Positions 26,181-38,151 of a DNA stretch of 64,000 nt are shown here, piece by piece. This DNA comes from Elusimicrobiales bacterium (GTDB lineage: Bacteria; Elusimicrobiota; Elusimicrobia; Elusimicrobiales; UBA9959), in contig JAQTOU010000002.1 in the NCBI GenBank assembly GCA_028713125.1, positions 398,583 to 462,582 on the forward strand, in the 5' to 3' direction. Below the pieces are notes generated by a model. That model had not been told where the DNA came from. It worked only from the letters and a program-made list of their open reading frames with translations, and searched no databases. How positions within the stretch are numbered: position 1 is the stretch's first letter; every line of letters begins with the position of its first letter. A program made the position numbers and the translations under genes.

Positions 26181-26919
26181 CGCCTCGCCGCTGAACGAAC
26201 TGCCGCCGGTCACAAAGACTCTGGTGGCGCTGATCTTCGCCGGCTGGCTGGCCGAACTGCTCTTCGGCGCCAGGCTGAACGTAAGCCTCGGGCTTGTTCC
26301 TTACCTGGTAACTAAACAGTTCTGGCTTTGGCAGACCTTAACCTATCTTTTCATCCACGCCGATTTCCTGCATTTCTTTTTTAACGCCCTGATGCTCTGG
26401 ATGCTCGGCCGCATCCTTGAGCCGGAGATGGGGTCGAGGAAATTCCTGACCTATTTCCTGGCCTGCGGCGCCGCTGCTGCCTTCTTTACCGCGGCCTGGA
26501 CCCCGGAGTCGCTGATCCCGGTTATAGGCGCCTCGGGGGCCGTGTTCGGCCTGCTCGGGGCTTTCGCCTTCCTCCATCCTGATACCACCGTGTATTTTTA
26601 CTTTATTTTCCCGATGAGCGCCCGGATGATGGCTTTCCTGCTTGGAGCCTTGGAGCTTGTGATGACGGTTTCCAGGACAGGCTCCAAAATCTCAAGCGTT
26701 ACCCACCTGGGCGGGCTGGCCGCCGGCATGCTCTGGCTCTGGGCGGAGCGCCGCTGGAGGGAAAGGCCTGTCACGGAAGAGCCGGACCCGGAAGTTCTGG
26801 AAAAGGCGGAGGTGGACCGGCTGCTGGAGAAGATCTCCGTGAAAGGGCAGGTCTCGCTGAGCCGTTCCGAGCTCGCCAGGCTTGACGAATACGCGAAGAG
26901 GAAAGGGGGGAGGGCGTGA
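26170..26919 (+). CDS. rhomboid family intramembrane serine protease
   Basis: 249 aa; multi-TM; catalytic GASGAVFGL and HLGG motifs; short soluble C-terminal tail. Confidence 0.85.
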   Translation: MRLSASPLNELPPVTKTLVALIFAGWLAELLFGARLNVSLGLVPYLVTKQFWLWQTLTYLFIHADFLHFFFNALMLWMLGRILEPEMGSRKFLTYFLACGAAAAFFTAAWTPESLIPVIGASGAVFGLLGAFAFLHPDTTVYFYFIFPMSARMMAFLLGALELVMTVSRTGSKISSVTHLGGLAAGMLWLWAERRWRERPVTEEPDPEVLEKAEVDRLLEKISVKGQVSLSRSELARLDEYAKRKGGRA

Positions 26920-27542
26920 AATCCGGTAAAGGTTTTTTTACCGCTGGCGGCAGGACCGTCATAGGCCTGACCGGGCCCATAGCCTCGGGCAAGAGCCTGG
27001 CGCTGAAGTGTTTTCAGGAAGAGGGCGCCTTTACGGTCTCCGCCGACTCTGTATCCGGAGAACTATTGACAACCCCCGGGATTTACCATACAATAGTTAG
27101 GAAGTTTGGTTCCGATAAAATCCTTACAAACGGTTTACTGGACAAAAAAAAGCTTGCGGCCGAGGTCTTTAGCTCGCCCGCAAAGCGGGAATGGCTTGAA
27201 AGCCTGCTGCACCCGCAAATCCTTAAAAGAATCCACTCTCTAATAACCAGATCCAATAAAAAAATATCGGTTGTCGAGGCGCCCCTCCTGTTCGAGGCGG
27301 GACTCGCGGAGTGTTTCACTATTACGGTCTGCCTGGCGGCGCCGGAGAAGACGCTGGAAGCCAGGGCCCTGAAGCGGGGCTGGAGCCGGGCGCAGTACCG
27401 GGGCAGGGCTAAAGCCCAGCTGAGCGCCGCGGAAAAGTACGCAAGGGCCGATGTGGTGCTGGAAAACTCCGGCAAACCCGGCGAGCTGGCCGGGAAGATA
27501 AAATTTTTATGCCGCTTCCTTGAAGGGACGGCCAAGAGCTAA
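26916..27542 (+). CDS. coaE: dephospho-CoA kinase
   Basis: 208 aa; P-loop [11 protein letters not shown]; CoaE-length protein; overlaps the upstream stop. Confidence 0.88.
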   Translation: MKSGKGFFTAGGRTVIGLTGPIASGKSLALKCFQEEGAFTVSADSVSGELLTTPGIYHTIVRKFGSDKILTNGLLDKKKLAAEVFSSPAKREWLESLLHPQILKRIHSLITRSNKKISVVEAPLLFEAGLAECFTITVCLAAPEKTLEARALKRGWSRAQYRGRAKAQLSAAEKYARADVVLENSGKPGELAGKIKFLCRFLEGTAKS

Positions 27543-27552
27543 AAGAGGAAAA

Positions 27553-29085
<1,533 letters not shown>

Positions 29086-29092
29086 GTAAACT

Positions 29093-30019
29093 ATGATCCG
29101 GGGGCGCTGGAAGATAACCGCGGGGCTGGGAGTGCTGCTGGGAACGGCGGCGCTCTCTTCCGCGGTGGCCCCCGGGATCTCCCCGTTCTACTACGCCAGG
29201 TTCTCAGTGCTGACCCCTCCCGGCCCGTCCGAGCCGCCGCCCGAGGCTTTCCGGCTAATCCCCAGGCTGATACACGCGCGCCATAAGGTGGCCAAGGGCG
29301 AGAACGTCCGCTCCCTGGCTACGGATTACGGCACGGACGTCCGCTCTCTCCAGAGCACTAATTCCAACGAATTCATCTTCATGTCGCGCGGCGGCTATAT
29401 CCGGGTGTATAACGGCAAAGGGCTGCTTTATGAGGTGACCTCGAACGGGGAGACGCTGAACGGGATAGCCTCCCGCTTCGCGGTAAAAGGCAGGGACCTG
29501 AGAGTTTTCAAGTCGGAGATAGTGGAGGACAACGGGCTGCCGCCTTCAGCCCTCCTGGTCAACTATAAGTTCGTCAAGGGCGACAGGGTGTACCTGCCCG
29601 CGGTCTATATCGACCTGGATACTTACCGGATGCCGCTTCGCAGCTTCGGGCGCATCAGCTCCAGCTTCGGCAACCGCTACCACCCGGTGCTTAAAAGAAA
29701 GATCTTCCATAACGGCTGCGATATTCCGATGCCGCTTGGCACGCCGGTCTACCCGTCCCGCTCCGGCACGGTGACTTATTCAGGCTGGAAGGGCGGCTAC
29801 GGGAATACCGTGGAGGTAAAGCACAAGGACGGCTCTATGTGCCGCTACGGCCACCTTTCCCACCTGAACGTCACGGTGGGCGAGGTAGTCCAGAAGTCGA
29901 AGACCATGCTGGGGAAGGTTGGTTCGACAGGCATGTCCACCGGGCCGCATTTGCATTTCGAAATAATCACGCCCTCCGGCAAGTCGGTGAACCCGATGGC
30001 GAAGATAGGGAAGAAATAG
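29093..30019 (+). CDS. M23 family peptidase with LysM repeats
   Basis: 308 aa; N-terminal hydrophobic segment; LysM-like HKVAKGENVRSLATDYG and GETLNGIASRF; M23 motifs HNGCDIPMPLGTPVY and GPHLHFEI. Confidence 0.85.
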   Translation: MIRGRWKITAGLGVLLGTAALSSAVAPGISPFYYARFSVLTPPGPSEPPPEAFRLIPRLIHARHKVAKGENVRSLATDYGTDVRSLQSTNSNEFIFMSRGGYIRVYNGKGLLYEVTSNGETLNGIASRFAVKGRDLRVFKSEIVEDNGLPPSALLVNYKFVKGDRVYLPAVYIDLDTYRMPLRSFGRISSSFGNRYHPVLKRKIFHNGCDIPMPLGTPVYPSRSGTVTYSGWKGGYGNTVEVKHKDGSMCRYGHLSHLNVTVGEVVQKSKTMLGKVGSTGMSTGPHLHFEIITPSGKSVNPMAKIGKK

Positions 30020-30028
30020 CGGTTTTTA

Positions 30029-30037
30029 TGCTATAAT
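30029..30037 (+). promoter_or_regulatory. extended -10 element TGcTATAAT upstream of rpmE
   Basis: TGCTATAAT at 30029-30037, about 37 nt before the ATG; AGAGGA Shine-Dalgarno follows. Confidence 0.5.
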
Positions 30038-30074
30038 TGATATTCATTCTTAATATTTTTTAGAGGAAAAGACA

Positions 30075-30449
30075 ATGAAAAACGACACCCACCCCACTTA
30101 CGATATCTGCGAGGTTACCTGCGTCTGCGGAAACGCTTTCCAGACCCGCTCCATAAAGCCCATTATAAAAGTTGAAGTCTGCAATGCCTGCCACCCTTTC
30201 TTCACCGGCAAGCAGAAGGTGCTCGACACCGCCGGCCGCATCGAGAAATTCAAGATGAAGTTCGCCTCCACCGACGGCAAGATGGTGGAGCGCAAGATGA
30301 AGAAGGTCGTCGTGAAGTCCGTGACGCCCAAGCACACCGCCAAGCGCAAAGTGCTCACTTCCGCCCCCGCCAAGAAGGACGAGAAGAAAGCCGCGGCCGC
30401 CGCGCCCAAAGTCGCGCCCAAAGCCGAAACGAAACCCGAAGCGAAGTAG
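30075..30449 (+). CDS. rpmE: 50S ribosomal protein L31 with Lys/Ala-rich C-terminal extension
   Basis: 124 aa; L31 core [32 protein letters not shown] in the first ~63 aa, then a K/A/P-rich tail. Confidence 0.9.
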   Translation: MKNDTHPTYDICEVTCVCGNAFQTRSIKPIIKVEVCNACHPFFTGKQKVLDTAGRIEKFKMKFASTDGKMVERKMKKVVVKSVTPKHTAKRKVLTSAPAKKDEKKAAAAAPKVAPKAETKPEAK

Positions 30450-30462
30450 CCAGGCTCCTGAA

Positions 30463-30497
30463 ACGGGCGCTCCTATGTAATGGAGCGCCCGTTTTTT
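30463..30497 (+). terminator. intrinsic terminator after rpmE
   Basis: ACGGGCGCTCC (30463-30473), loop, GGAGCGCCCGT (30482-30492), T-run to 30497. Confidence 0.85.
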
Positions 30498-30512
30498 CAT
30501 GTATAGGCCCTT

Positions 30513-31562
30513 ATGCTCGAAGAAGACTTAAGCGCTATTAGACGGGAATTCGCCGAGATAGAGGCACGCCTCTCTTCCGGCGGCCTCAAGCCCGAAGAGA
30601 TAGAAAAATTCTCCCGGCGCCACGCCGTCTGCCGGCAGCTCCTGGACACTTCCGCCGCGCTGGATAAAGCGCTGAAAGAAGTAGAAGACACCCGGCAGAT
30701 GCTTTCCAGCACCGACAAGGACATCGCGGAGATGGCCGCCGCCGAGCTCCCCGCTCTCGAAGCCGCCGCGGCGTCGCTGGGCAAGAAACTCAAGATCCTC
30801 ATTATACCGCCCGATCCGGCGGACTCCAAGAACATATTCCTGGAAATACGCGCCGGCGTGGGCGGCGACGAAAGCGCACTTTTCGCCGCCGACCTGCTGC
30901 GCATGTACACCCGCTTCGCCCAGACCATGGGCTGGAAAGCGGAGCTGCGCGACCTTTCCTCCACCGGCCTCAAAGGCATAAAGAACGCCGTGCTTTATAT
31001 CTCCGGCCAGGACGTCTACGCCCTTATGAAATACGAGGGCGGGGTGCACCGGGTTCAGCGCGTTCCGCTGACCGAGGCTTCCGGCCGCATCCACACTTCC
31101 ACCGTCACCGTGGCTATCATGCACGAAGTGGACGAAGTGGAGATAAAGATAGAGGCCAAAGACCTCAAGATGGATACCTACCGCTCCAGCGGCGCCGGCG
31201 GCCAGAACGTGAACAAAGTGGAAACCGCCGTGCGCATCACGCATATCCCCTCCGGCATAATCACGGCCTGCCAGGAGGAGCGCTCCCAGGGCAAGAACCG
31301 CGCGAAAGCCATGGCCATGCTCGCGGCCAAGCTCGCCCAGGCGAGCGAGGAGGCCCAGGCCAAAGCCAATGCCGGCGCGCGCAACAGCCAGGTCGGGACC
31401 GGGGACCGGTCGGAAAAGATCCGTACCTATAATTTCCCCCAGAACCGGGTGACCGACCACAGGGTACAGATTTCCTGGCACAACCTCGAAGCTATCATGG
31501 AAGGCGAGATCAAAGATATGCTGGAAGAAATAAGGCTCGAGCTCACCAAGGAAAAAGAATGA
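30513..31562 (+). CDS. prfA: peptide chain release factor 1
   Basis: 349 aa; GGQ motif SGAGGQNVNKVETAVRITHIPSG; RF1-type PxT tripeptide present as P-L-T (QRVPLTEASGRIHTS). Confidence 0.95.
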   Translation: MLEEDLSAIRREFAEIEARLSSGGLKPEEIEKFSRRHAVCRQLLDTSAALDKALKEVEDTRQMLSSTDKDIAEMAAAELPALEAAAASLGKKLKILIIPPDPADSKNIFLEIRAGVGGDESALFAADLLRMYTRFAQTMGWKAELRDLSSTGLKGIKNAVLYISGQDVYALMKYEGGVHRVQRVPLTEASGRIHTSTVTVAIMHEVDEVEIKIEAKDLKMDTYRSSGAGGQNVNKVETAVRITHIPSGIITACQEERSQGKNRAKAMAMLAAKLAQASEEAQAKANAGARNSQVGTGDRSEKIRTYNFPQNRVTDHRVQISWHNLEAIMEGEIKDMLEEIRLELTKEKE

Positions 31563-32401
31563 CAGCCGGAAAAACACTTAAAGAAGCCCTCTCACGTCTC
31601 GCAGCCGCCGGGGTGGACGAAGCCGAACTGAACTCCCAGTGGCTGCTTGCTGAAGCGATGGGCGTGCCGCGCCTGAACCTCCTCGCCGACCCCTCCCTCC
31701 CGGTCCCCGCCGCCGCGCTTCGCAAATTTAATAAAGGCCTCGCCCTCAAAGAGCAGGGCCTGCCTCTGGCCTATATCCTCGGCTGGCAGGATTTCCGCGA
31801 TATCCGGATAAAAGTGGATAAAAGAGTCCTCGTCCCGCGCCCGGAGACGGAAGAGCTGGCCGGGTTCGCCGCCGATTTCCTGCGGACCCGCAAAGGCGAG
31901 CTCTCGGTGATGGATTACGGCGCCGGCAGCGGGGCCATCGGCCTCTGGTTAACTAAAGAATTTCCCAAGCTTCGCGTTAAAGCCGTAGAAAAATCCGCCA
32001 GGGCCCTCGCCTGCGCCGCCGAGAACGCCGCCGCATTGGGCCTCGCGGCGCGGATGGAATTCATAAGGGCCTCCACGCTGCAAGGCCTGAGCGCGAACGT
32101 CGACCTCATAGTTTCAAACCCGCCCTATATCCCCACCGGAGTCATCCCCGGCCTCGCCCCCGAGGTCCTGAGCGAGCCTCGCATGTCCCTGGACGGCGGC
32201 GGGGACGGCCTCGACGTGGCCCGTATGCTGGTGAACCTCGCGCCGTCGAAGCTGAAGAAAGGCGGAGCGCTACTCCTTGAGCTGAGCGGCGGCCAGGCTA
32301 AAAAACTTATGGACGCCCTGCCTGGGAAAGTCTGGAAAGAAAAGCGTACCCATAAAGATCTCAACGGCATCGAAAGATTCGTTTTCGCGCGGATTAAATA
32401 G
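31559..32401 (+). CDS. prmC: release factor glutamine methyltransferase
   Basis: 280 aa; SAM-binding MDYGAGSGAIG and catalytic NPPY; 4-nt overlap with prfA. Confidence 0.88.
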   Translation: MTAGKTLKEALSRLAAAGVDEAELNSQWLLAEAMGVPRLNLLADPSLPVPAAALRKFNKGLALKEQGLPLAYILGWQDFRDIRIKVDKRVLVPRPETEELAGFAADFLRTRKGELSVMDYGAGSGAIGLWLTKEFPKLRVKAVEKSARALACAAENAAALGLAARMEFIRASTLQGLSANVDLIVSNPPYIPTGVIPGLAPEVLSEPRMSLDGGGDGLDVARMLVNLAPSKLKKGGALLLELSGGQAKKLMDALPGKVWKEKRTHKDLNGIERFVFARIK

Positions 32402-32418
32402 GCGCAAAAGAGGGACCC

Positions 32419-33675
32419 ATGGATAATTTTATTATACGCGGCGGCAGGCCACTGAACGGGCAGACCATGATCAGCGGCTCCAAGAACGCCGCCCTGCCCA
32501 TACTCGCCGCGACCCTGCTCACCAGGGAAAAGTGCGAAATAAAGAACGTCCCCGAGCTTATGGACATCAGGTCCACCTTCGAGCTCCTGAATTACCTCGG
32601 GAAGAACTGCTTTTACGGCTACGGGAATTTCGTGGCCGAGGAACACGTGCAGCTCAAGCTTCACGCGCCTTACGACCTGGTGCGCAAGATGCGCGCCTCC
32701 ATGCTGGTGTCCGGGCCCCTGCTCGCCCGGTTTAAAAAAGTCCGCTTCTCGCTGCCGGGCGGCTGTTCCATCGGCATGCGGCCCATCGACATACACCTCG
32801 AAGGTTTTAAAAAGCTCGGCGCCAAAGTCACTTATGAAAAGGGCGACGTTATCCTTTCCGCGAAAAAATTGAAGCCCGGCACAGTTAAATTCCGTTTCCC
32901 CAGCGTCGGGGCCACCGAGAACCTGATGATGTGCGCCGCCCTGATAGAGGGGACCACCACCCTGGAGAACTGCGCCCGCGAGCCGGAGATAGAAGATCTT
33001 GCCGCCGCGCTGACAAAAATGGGCGCTCCTGTAGAAGGCGCCGGCACCCCGACGATAAAGATCCACGGCGCGGCCTCGCTTAAAGGCCTGAAATATACCG
33101 TAATGCCCGACCGCATCGAGGCCGGGACCTTCATGCTCCTCTGCGCCGCCGTGGGGGGGAAGATAAAACTTCTCAACGCCGCCCCTAAGAACCTGGACGC
33201 TTTGATACGCTCGATGAAGAAAGCCGGCGTCAAGATCACCTCCTATAAAGATTCCATCGAGGTCGAGGCGCCCCGCGGGCGGCCCAGGCCCGTTAACGTC
33301 GTGACCAAGCCGCACCCCGGCTTCCCCACCGACCTGCAGGCGCCCTGGATGGCTTTTATGGCGCGCGCCAACGGCGTGAGCGAAGTGCAGGAACATATTT
33401 TCGAGAACCGCTTCATGCACGCGCCCGAGCTGGTGCGCATGGGCGCGGATATCACGGTGATGGACAAGAAGGCCGTGATCCGCGGCGTGCCGGAACTCCT
33501 GGGCGCCCCGGTAATGGCCTCCGATCTCAGGGCCGGCGCGGCCCTGGTGCTGGCCGCCGCCGCCGCGAAAGGCAAGACCGTGATACGCCGCATCTACCAT
33601 ATAGACCGCGGCTACGAGAAGCTGGAGCATAAGCTTAAGGACCTTGGAGTGGACGTGTCGCGGGTAAAAGCTTAA
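32419..33675 (+). CDS. murA: UDP-N-acetylglucosamine 1-carboxyvinyltransferase
   Basis: 418 aa; GSKNAALPILAA and the catalytic-Cys loop LPGGCSIGMRPID. Confidence 0.96.
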   Translation: MDNFIIRGGRPLNGQTMISGSKNAALPILAATLLTREKCEIKNVPELMDIRSTFELLNYLGKNCFYGYGNFVAEEHVQLKLHAPYDLVRKMRASMLVSGPLLARFKKVRFSLPGGCSIGMRPIDIHLEGFKKLGAKVTYEKGDVILSAKKLKPGTVKFRFPSVGATENLMMCAALIEGTTTLENCAREPEIEDLAAALTKMGAPVEGAGTPTIKIHGAASLKGLKYTVMPDRIEAGTFMLLCAAVGGKIKLLNAAPKNLDALIRSMKKAGVKITSYKDSIEVEAPRGRPRPVNVVTKPHPGFPTDLQAPWMAFMARANGVSEVQEHIFENRFMHAPELVRMGADITVMDKKAVIRGVPELLGAPVMASDLRAGAALVLAAAAAKGKTVIRRIYHIDRGYEKLEHKLKDLGVDVSRVKA

Positions 33676-33700
33676 GTCCGGGGGCGCGAAGAAGACGCAA

Positions 33701-34975
33701 ATGACCTCTTTTGAAGAAGCGCAGAGAATACTTAATTCCAGGCAGGACTTCGTTAAGAAGGACGGGCTGGACCGCGTCCTCGCCTGCCTGAAAAAGCTTG
33801 GAGACCCCCATCTCGGCCTTAAGACCATCCATGTCACCGGAACCAACGGGAAAGGCTCGGCCTGCGCGGCTTTCGAGGCCGCGGCCAGGGCCGCCGGGCT
33901 GAAGACGGGCCTGTTCATTTCGCCGCACTTGGTAAGCCCGACGGAAAGGATAAGGTTTTGCGGTGACTGCGTAAGCGAGAAAGATTTCGCCGCCCTCTTC
34001 GAAGAAATTTTCGCCGCCGGCCCGGACCTCGGCTTTTTCGAGCTTGTGACCTGCATGGCTTTTCTTTATTTCAAAAGGCGGAAAACGGACCTTGCGATCA
34101 TAGAAGTGGGGATAGGCGGCCGCTTCGACACCACAAATGTCCTGCCCAGGCCGGAGCTGAGCGTCATAACTTCAGTGGACTACGACCATAAGAAGTACCT
34201 CGGCAATACCCTGGCGGAAATAGCTTCGCAGAAGGCCGGGATAATAAAGCAGGGCGGGATCTGCGTCGCGCCCATACTGCCGCCCGAAGCGAGGGCCGAA
34301 ATTTCTAAAGAGGCGGCTGAAAAAGGGGCCCAGTGCCATTTCTTCGCCCCAATTTTCGAGATCACCGGCAGGGACTGGGAAAAGAACCGCATAACCCTGC
34401 GCCATAAAAAAACCGGTGAAGTTTACCCTTTCGGCATATCCGGCGAGGCGCAGGCCTCCAATGCGACGCTGGTGTGGGAAGGCCTGGAGATAATGCGCGG
34501 CCTGGGCTGGCCCATTAGCCGCGCTCACGCCGCGGCCGGCTTCGCTTCGGTGCGGTGGCCCGCCCGGTTCCAGGTCATAGCCGCGTCCGGAAAAAATATT
34601 TTTATAGTCGACGGGGCTCATAACGAGGAGGCCGCGCGGGCCTTCGCCGCCACGTGGAAAATCTCCCCTTTCGCCGTCAAGCCGGCCGTTTTCGTGGTCG
34701 GCATGCTGCAGGACAAGGAGCGGCGCGGCATACTCGAGCTCCTCGCCCCGCTAGTGAAAAAATTCGTTTTTACCAGGCCGTCCTCCCCGCGCGCGGCCGA
34801 CCCCTGCGCGCTTGCCGACGAGCTTTCCTCCATCGATCCCGCCGCCGAAGTAGAGGTGCAGGAGGACATAGGCGCGGCGCTTACCGCGGCGTCCAGGGGC
34901 GGGACCGTAGCCGTGCTTGGGTCGTTCTACCTGGCGGGCTCCGTACTGAGAATTTTAGGAGAAAGCTCGAACTGA
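33701..34975 (+). CDS. folC: bifunctional folylpolyglutamate synthase / dihydrofolate synthase
   Basis: 424 aa; Mur-ligase P-loop HVTGTNGKGS; typical FolC length and layout. Confidence 0.9.
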   Translation: MTSFEEAQRILNSRQDFVKKDGLDRVLACLKKLGDPHLGLKTIHVTGTNGKGSACAAFEAAARAAGLKTGLFISPHLVSPTERIRFCGDCVSEKDFAALFEEIFAAGPDLGFFELVTCMAFLYFKRRKTDLAIIEVGIGGRFDTTNVLPRPELSVITSVDYDHKKYLGNTLAEIASQKAGIIKQGGICVAPILPPEARAEISKEAAEKGAQCHFFAPIFEITGRDWEKNRITLRHKKTGEVYPFGISGEAQASNATLVWEGLEIMRGLGWPISRAHAAAGFASVRWPARFQVIAASGKNIFIVDGAHNEEAARAFAATWKISPFAVKPAVFVVGMLQDKERRGILELLAPLVKKFVFTRPSSPRAADPCALADELSSIDPAAEVEVQEDIGAALTAASRGGTVAVLGSFYLAGSVLRILGESSN

Positions 34976-34994
34976 CTTTCATTTAGGAGACCTT

Positions 34995-35939
34995 ATGCTT
35001 GGAATCGGCATAGATATCGGCGGTACTAATACTAAACTGGTGGTCGTGACCCGCGCCGGCAAGCTGCTTGCGCACGAGCGGTTCCGCACCGAGGCCTCGA
35101 ACGGGCCCGCCTCTTTTTTAAAGCGCCTCGCCGCCGCGGTGTCCTGCTTCAGGCGGGACTACGGCCGCCAGCTCGTCTCCATCGGCATCGGCGCCGCGGG
35201 CGACGTGGACCCCGAGCGCGGCGTGCTCCGCTTCTCGCCCAACCTGGCCTGGCGCTCGGTTAAGCTGGCCGGACCGCTGGAAAAACTTACCGGCCTGCCC
35301 TGCGCCATGGAGAACGACGCGAACATGGCCGCCTGGGGCGCTTACGAGGTGGAGATGCGTCGTAAAACGGAAGATATACTGACTTTGACGCTTGGTACGG
35401 GGATAGGCTCCGGGATGATCCTGGGGGGGAAGCTTTACCACGGCGCCAGCGGCACCGCCGGAGAGGCCGGCCATCTTAAAATAGTGCCGGACGGGCGCCC
35501 CTGCCATTGCGGCGCCAACGGCTGCCTCGAGGCCTACTGCGGCAGCTATTCCATCCTGGCCCGGGCCCGCGAACTTATAAAGAACGAGGCGGCCTTCGTC
35601 AAAAAATTCGGCGCTCCCGGGCGCGAGAAATTCAATACTATCTGCCTTACCAATGCCGCGGCCGCCGGCCATGCCGGCGCGCGCAGGGTCTGGGCCGAGA
35701 CCGGCCACTACCTCGGGATGGGGCTGGCGGGGCTGATACTGGTGCTCAATCCCGGCTGCGTGGTCCTGACGGGAGGGGTTTCCAGGGCGCGCAAATGGTT
35801 CATGCCGGCCATGCAGAAGATCCTGAGCCACCAGCAGATCAAGACGCCTTTTCAGAAGGTGAAGATCCGGATCTCCGACAATGCCGACCTCGGCTCCTAC
35901 GGCGCCGCGCTGTTCGGGCTCGAACACGGATTAAAATAA
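34995..35939 (+). CDS. ROK family sugar kinase (glucokinase-like)
   Basis: 314 aa; GIDIGGTNTK, ENDANMAAWGE-like segment, ROK zinc motif CHCGANGCLEAY. Confidence 0.8.
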   Translation: MLGIGIDIGGTNTKLVVVTRAGKLLAHERFRTEASNGPASFLKRLAAAVSCFRRDYGRQLVSIGIGAAGDVDPERGVLRFSPNLAWRSVKLAGPLEKLTGLPCAMENDANMAAWGAYEVEMRRKTEDILTLTLGTGIGSGMILGGKLYHGASGTAGEAGHLKIVPDGRPCHCGANGCLEAYCGSYSILARARELIKNEAAFVKKFGAPGREKFNTICLTNAAAAGHAGARRVWAETGHYLGMGLAGLILVLNPGCVVLTGGVSRARKWFMPAMQKILSHQQIKTPFQKVKIRISDNADLGSYGAALFGLEHGLK

Positions 35940-36017
35940 AATAGAAGATCGAAAGTATGGGATCGGGGAGCGGGACTGTGCTTGTCGGGAAGAAGCGGAG
36001 AGAGAATTTAACGGTAA

Positions 36018-38105
36018 TTGATGCTAAATAAGGTTTTAATTGCGCTTTTTGTGTGGACGGCGACGGCTCTCAGCGCCGCCGCCTACGACCTGCCTTCTTC
36101 GACCGGCACGCACAGGGTGTACTTCGAGGCGGACTCGGCCGGCTTTAACGAGTATTCCCGCGCCATAGACCTGGAGGGGAACGTCCGGCTGGAGGAGTTT
36201 TCCGAGAGCGGCAAGCAGCAGAAGCTTATAAGGGCCAGGAACCTTTCCGTGAATATGGCCAGCCGCACCGTCGTCGCCCCTTCCGATTTCGTGATGGACG
36301 ACGACACGGGCACGGTTTACGGCAAGAGCGGCTTCGTCGATTACGGCTCTGAAAAGGGCAGGATAAACGACGGGCGCTTCGCCTATAAGAATTTTATCAT
36401 CAAGGGGCGGGTGGTGGAGTTCGACAAGTCGGAATATACCTATAAGAAGGCCAGCATAACCAGCTGCGACGAGGAGCCCCCGCATTACAGGCTCAGGGCT
36501 TCGCGCCTTTACCTGGTCCCGGACCGCTATTTCCTCGCCTACAATACCGTATTTTTCGTGGGAAAGATCCCGGTGTTCTACTTCCCGGTGGTTTACCGGC
36601 CTATAGGCGGCGGAACGCCTTTCGTCAGCATTTTCCGCCCCGGCTACGATCAGCGCAACGGCTTTTTCGTCAAGTCCAGCTACATCTTCCGCGTTAACCG
36701 GGAGACGCGCGCCAAGCTGTACCTGGATTATTTCGCGAAGCGCGGTTTCGGCACGGGGGGCGAGCTGGATTACCGCCGCCCCGAAAAAAACATCACTAAC
36801 GTGTCCGTTTACCGCATCCGCGAGTACAGCGGCGTCAGGGACCGGTGGGGCGTGAACGGGGGCTACTGGCATTTGTTCAACCGCTTCAACGAGTCCGACC
36901 CGGCCCAGTATTACAGCCAGGGCTTTTTCCGCCTGCTTTCGGACCCCAAGGTGAACAATAATTTCTTCAGGACCAACCCTTTCGCCGTAAGCCCGGACGA
37001 GCAGGCCAGCGTGGCCCTCACCCGCAAGACCAACTATACCGTGACCCGCCTGAGCGCTTACGGCAGGGAGACTCACACGCCGGATTTCGAGAAATTCCGG
37101 AAAGCCAACAGCTCCCTCCCGAGGCTGGATTTTAACACGGTGCCTTTCAGCGTCCTGCGCCTGCCTGTGCTGAACTCTTTTTCAGGGTATTTCGAGAACG
37201 GCAGGGATGAGGGCAGGGACTACGCGCAAAAGCGGGGGAACGGGGTCTGGACCGTATCCAAGTCCGTGCCGCTGGTCAGGCGTGTCACGCTGTCTCCGTC
37301 CGTGTACTACGACCAGTCCGTCTTTATCTCGACTAATGCCGGCGGCAACGATACGTGGACGGGTCGCTACGGCGGGGGGGCTACGCTGCGCTACGACAGG
37401 TTCTGGGGCTCCTTCGACCTGGGCTACGCTTACAGGCGCCGCCTGCGCGATAATAAGCTGCGGGAAGACCTGGGGGCGGCGGATAAAGGGCAGGAGACAA
37501 GCTCGCTTTCCTCGCAGCTGTTCGTGATGCCGCGGTTCAATACTTATTACAAGCTGTCCACGGCGTACGATATGCGCGACTATTTCAGGGCTTCGTTCAC
37601 GAAGCGGCTGGCGCCCCTTATCGCCGAGGTTTATTACGCGCCGCGGCCTAATGTGGATTTTTTCGCGACCGAGACCTACAGCCTGTCCGGCGGGAGCAAG
37701 AGCTTCGTTACGCAGATAAATTTCGGCGGCAAGGAGAATTACATCGGCGGCGGCATCGCTAATTACAGCAGCGCCCCCCGGGAGTGGGTTTTCAGCAATG
37801 TCCTCGGCTTCCGTCCGTGGCGCGGGTCCGGCTGGCGCGCCGAGACCGTGCTGCGCTACCGGCTCAAGTCGGAGGGACATTTCAATTACAGCGATTTTAA
37901 ATTCTTCGAAAAAGGGATCACTCTTTACCGGGATTTCCACGATTTCCGCACCAAGTGGGATTACAGGGAGCGCTCCGGAGGCGTCAGGGAGTTTTATTTC
38001 TACCTGAACCTGAAAATAAGCGAGCCCGCGCGCAAGGACGACCTGGAGGAGAGGTCCCGGCAGTACTGGCACCCCTGGCGGAAGGACGGCGAGGTCAGGG
38101 ACTGA
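36018..38105 (+). CDS. lptD: LPS-assembly protein LptD
   Basis: 695 aa; signal peptide; OstA-like N-domain followed by ITSCDEEPPHYRLRASRLYLVPDRY..FFVGKIPVFYFP and a long Y/R/F-rich barrel region. Confidence 0.75.
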   Translation: MMLNKVLIALFVWTATALSAAAYDLPSSTGTHRVYFEADSAGFNEYSRAIDLEGNVRLEEFSESGKQQKLIRARNLSVNMASRTVVAPSDFVMDDDTGTVYGKSGFVDYGSEKGRINDGRFAYKNFIIKGRVVEFDKSEYTYKKASITSCDEEPPHYRLRASRLYLVPDRYFLAYNTVFFVGKIPVFYFPVVYRPIGGGTPFVSIFRPGYDQRNGFFVKSSYIFRVNRETRAKLYLDYFAKRGFGTGGELDYRRPEKNITNVSVYRIREYSGVRDRWGVNGGYWHLFNRFNESDPAQYYSQGFFRLLSDPKVNNNFFRTNPFAVSPDEQASVALTRKTNYTVTRLSAYGRETHTPDFEKFRKANSSLPRLDFNTVPFSVLRLPVLNSFSGYFENGRDEGRDYAQKRGNGVWTVSKSVPLVRRVTLSPSVYYDQSVFISTNAGGNDTWTGRYGGGATLRYDRFWGSFDLGYAYRRRLRDNKLREDLGAADKGQETSSLSSQLFVMPRFNTYYKLSTAYDMRDYFRASFTKRLAPLIAEVYYAPRPNVDFFATETYSLSGGSKSFVTQINFGGKENYIGGGIANYSSAPREWVFSNVLGFRPWRGSGWRAETVLRYRLKSEGHFNYSDFKFFEKGITLYRDFHDFRTKWDYRERSGGVREFYFYLNLKISEPARKDDLEERSRQYWHPWRKDGEVRD

Positions 38106-38151
38106 GGAATTTAAAGTTTAATTCTAAAATGATAAACTATTATTTACAGGG

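Noticed and set aside
27520-27552. Alternative upstream starts suggested by the ORF track: 27520 for rho, 54648 and 51705 in the surface locus, 43008 for pal, 13417, and 8698 for the receiver
   Set aside because: In each case a downstream start gives a canonical signal peptide or N-terminus, has a better ribosome-binding site, or avoids overlap with the preceding gene. The adopted coordinates are given in the feature list.
30513-31562. Checked the release-factor gene for the programmed +1 frameshift known from prfB
   Set aside because: The protein is RF1-type (P-x-T tripeptide, here PLT, and no SPF) and is encoded in one uninterrupted frame. A frameshift is neither expected nor seen.
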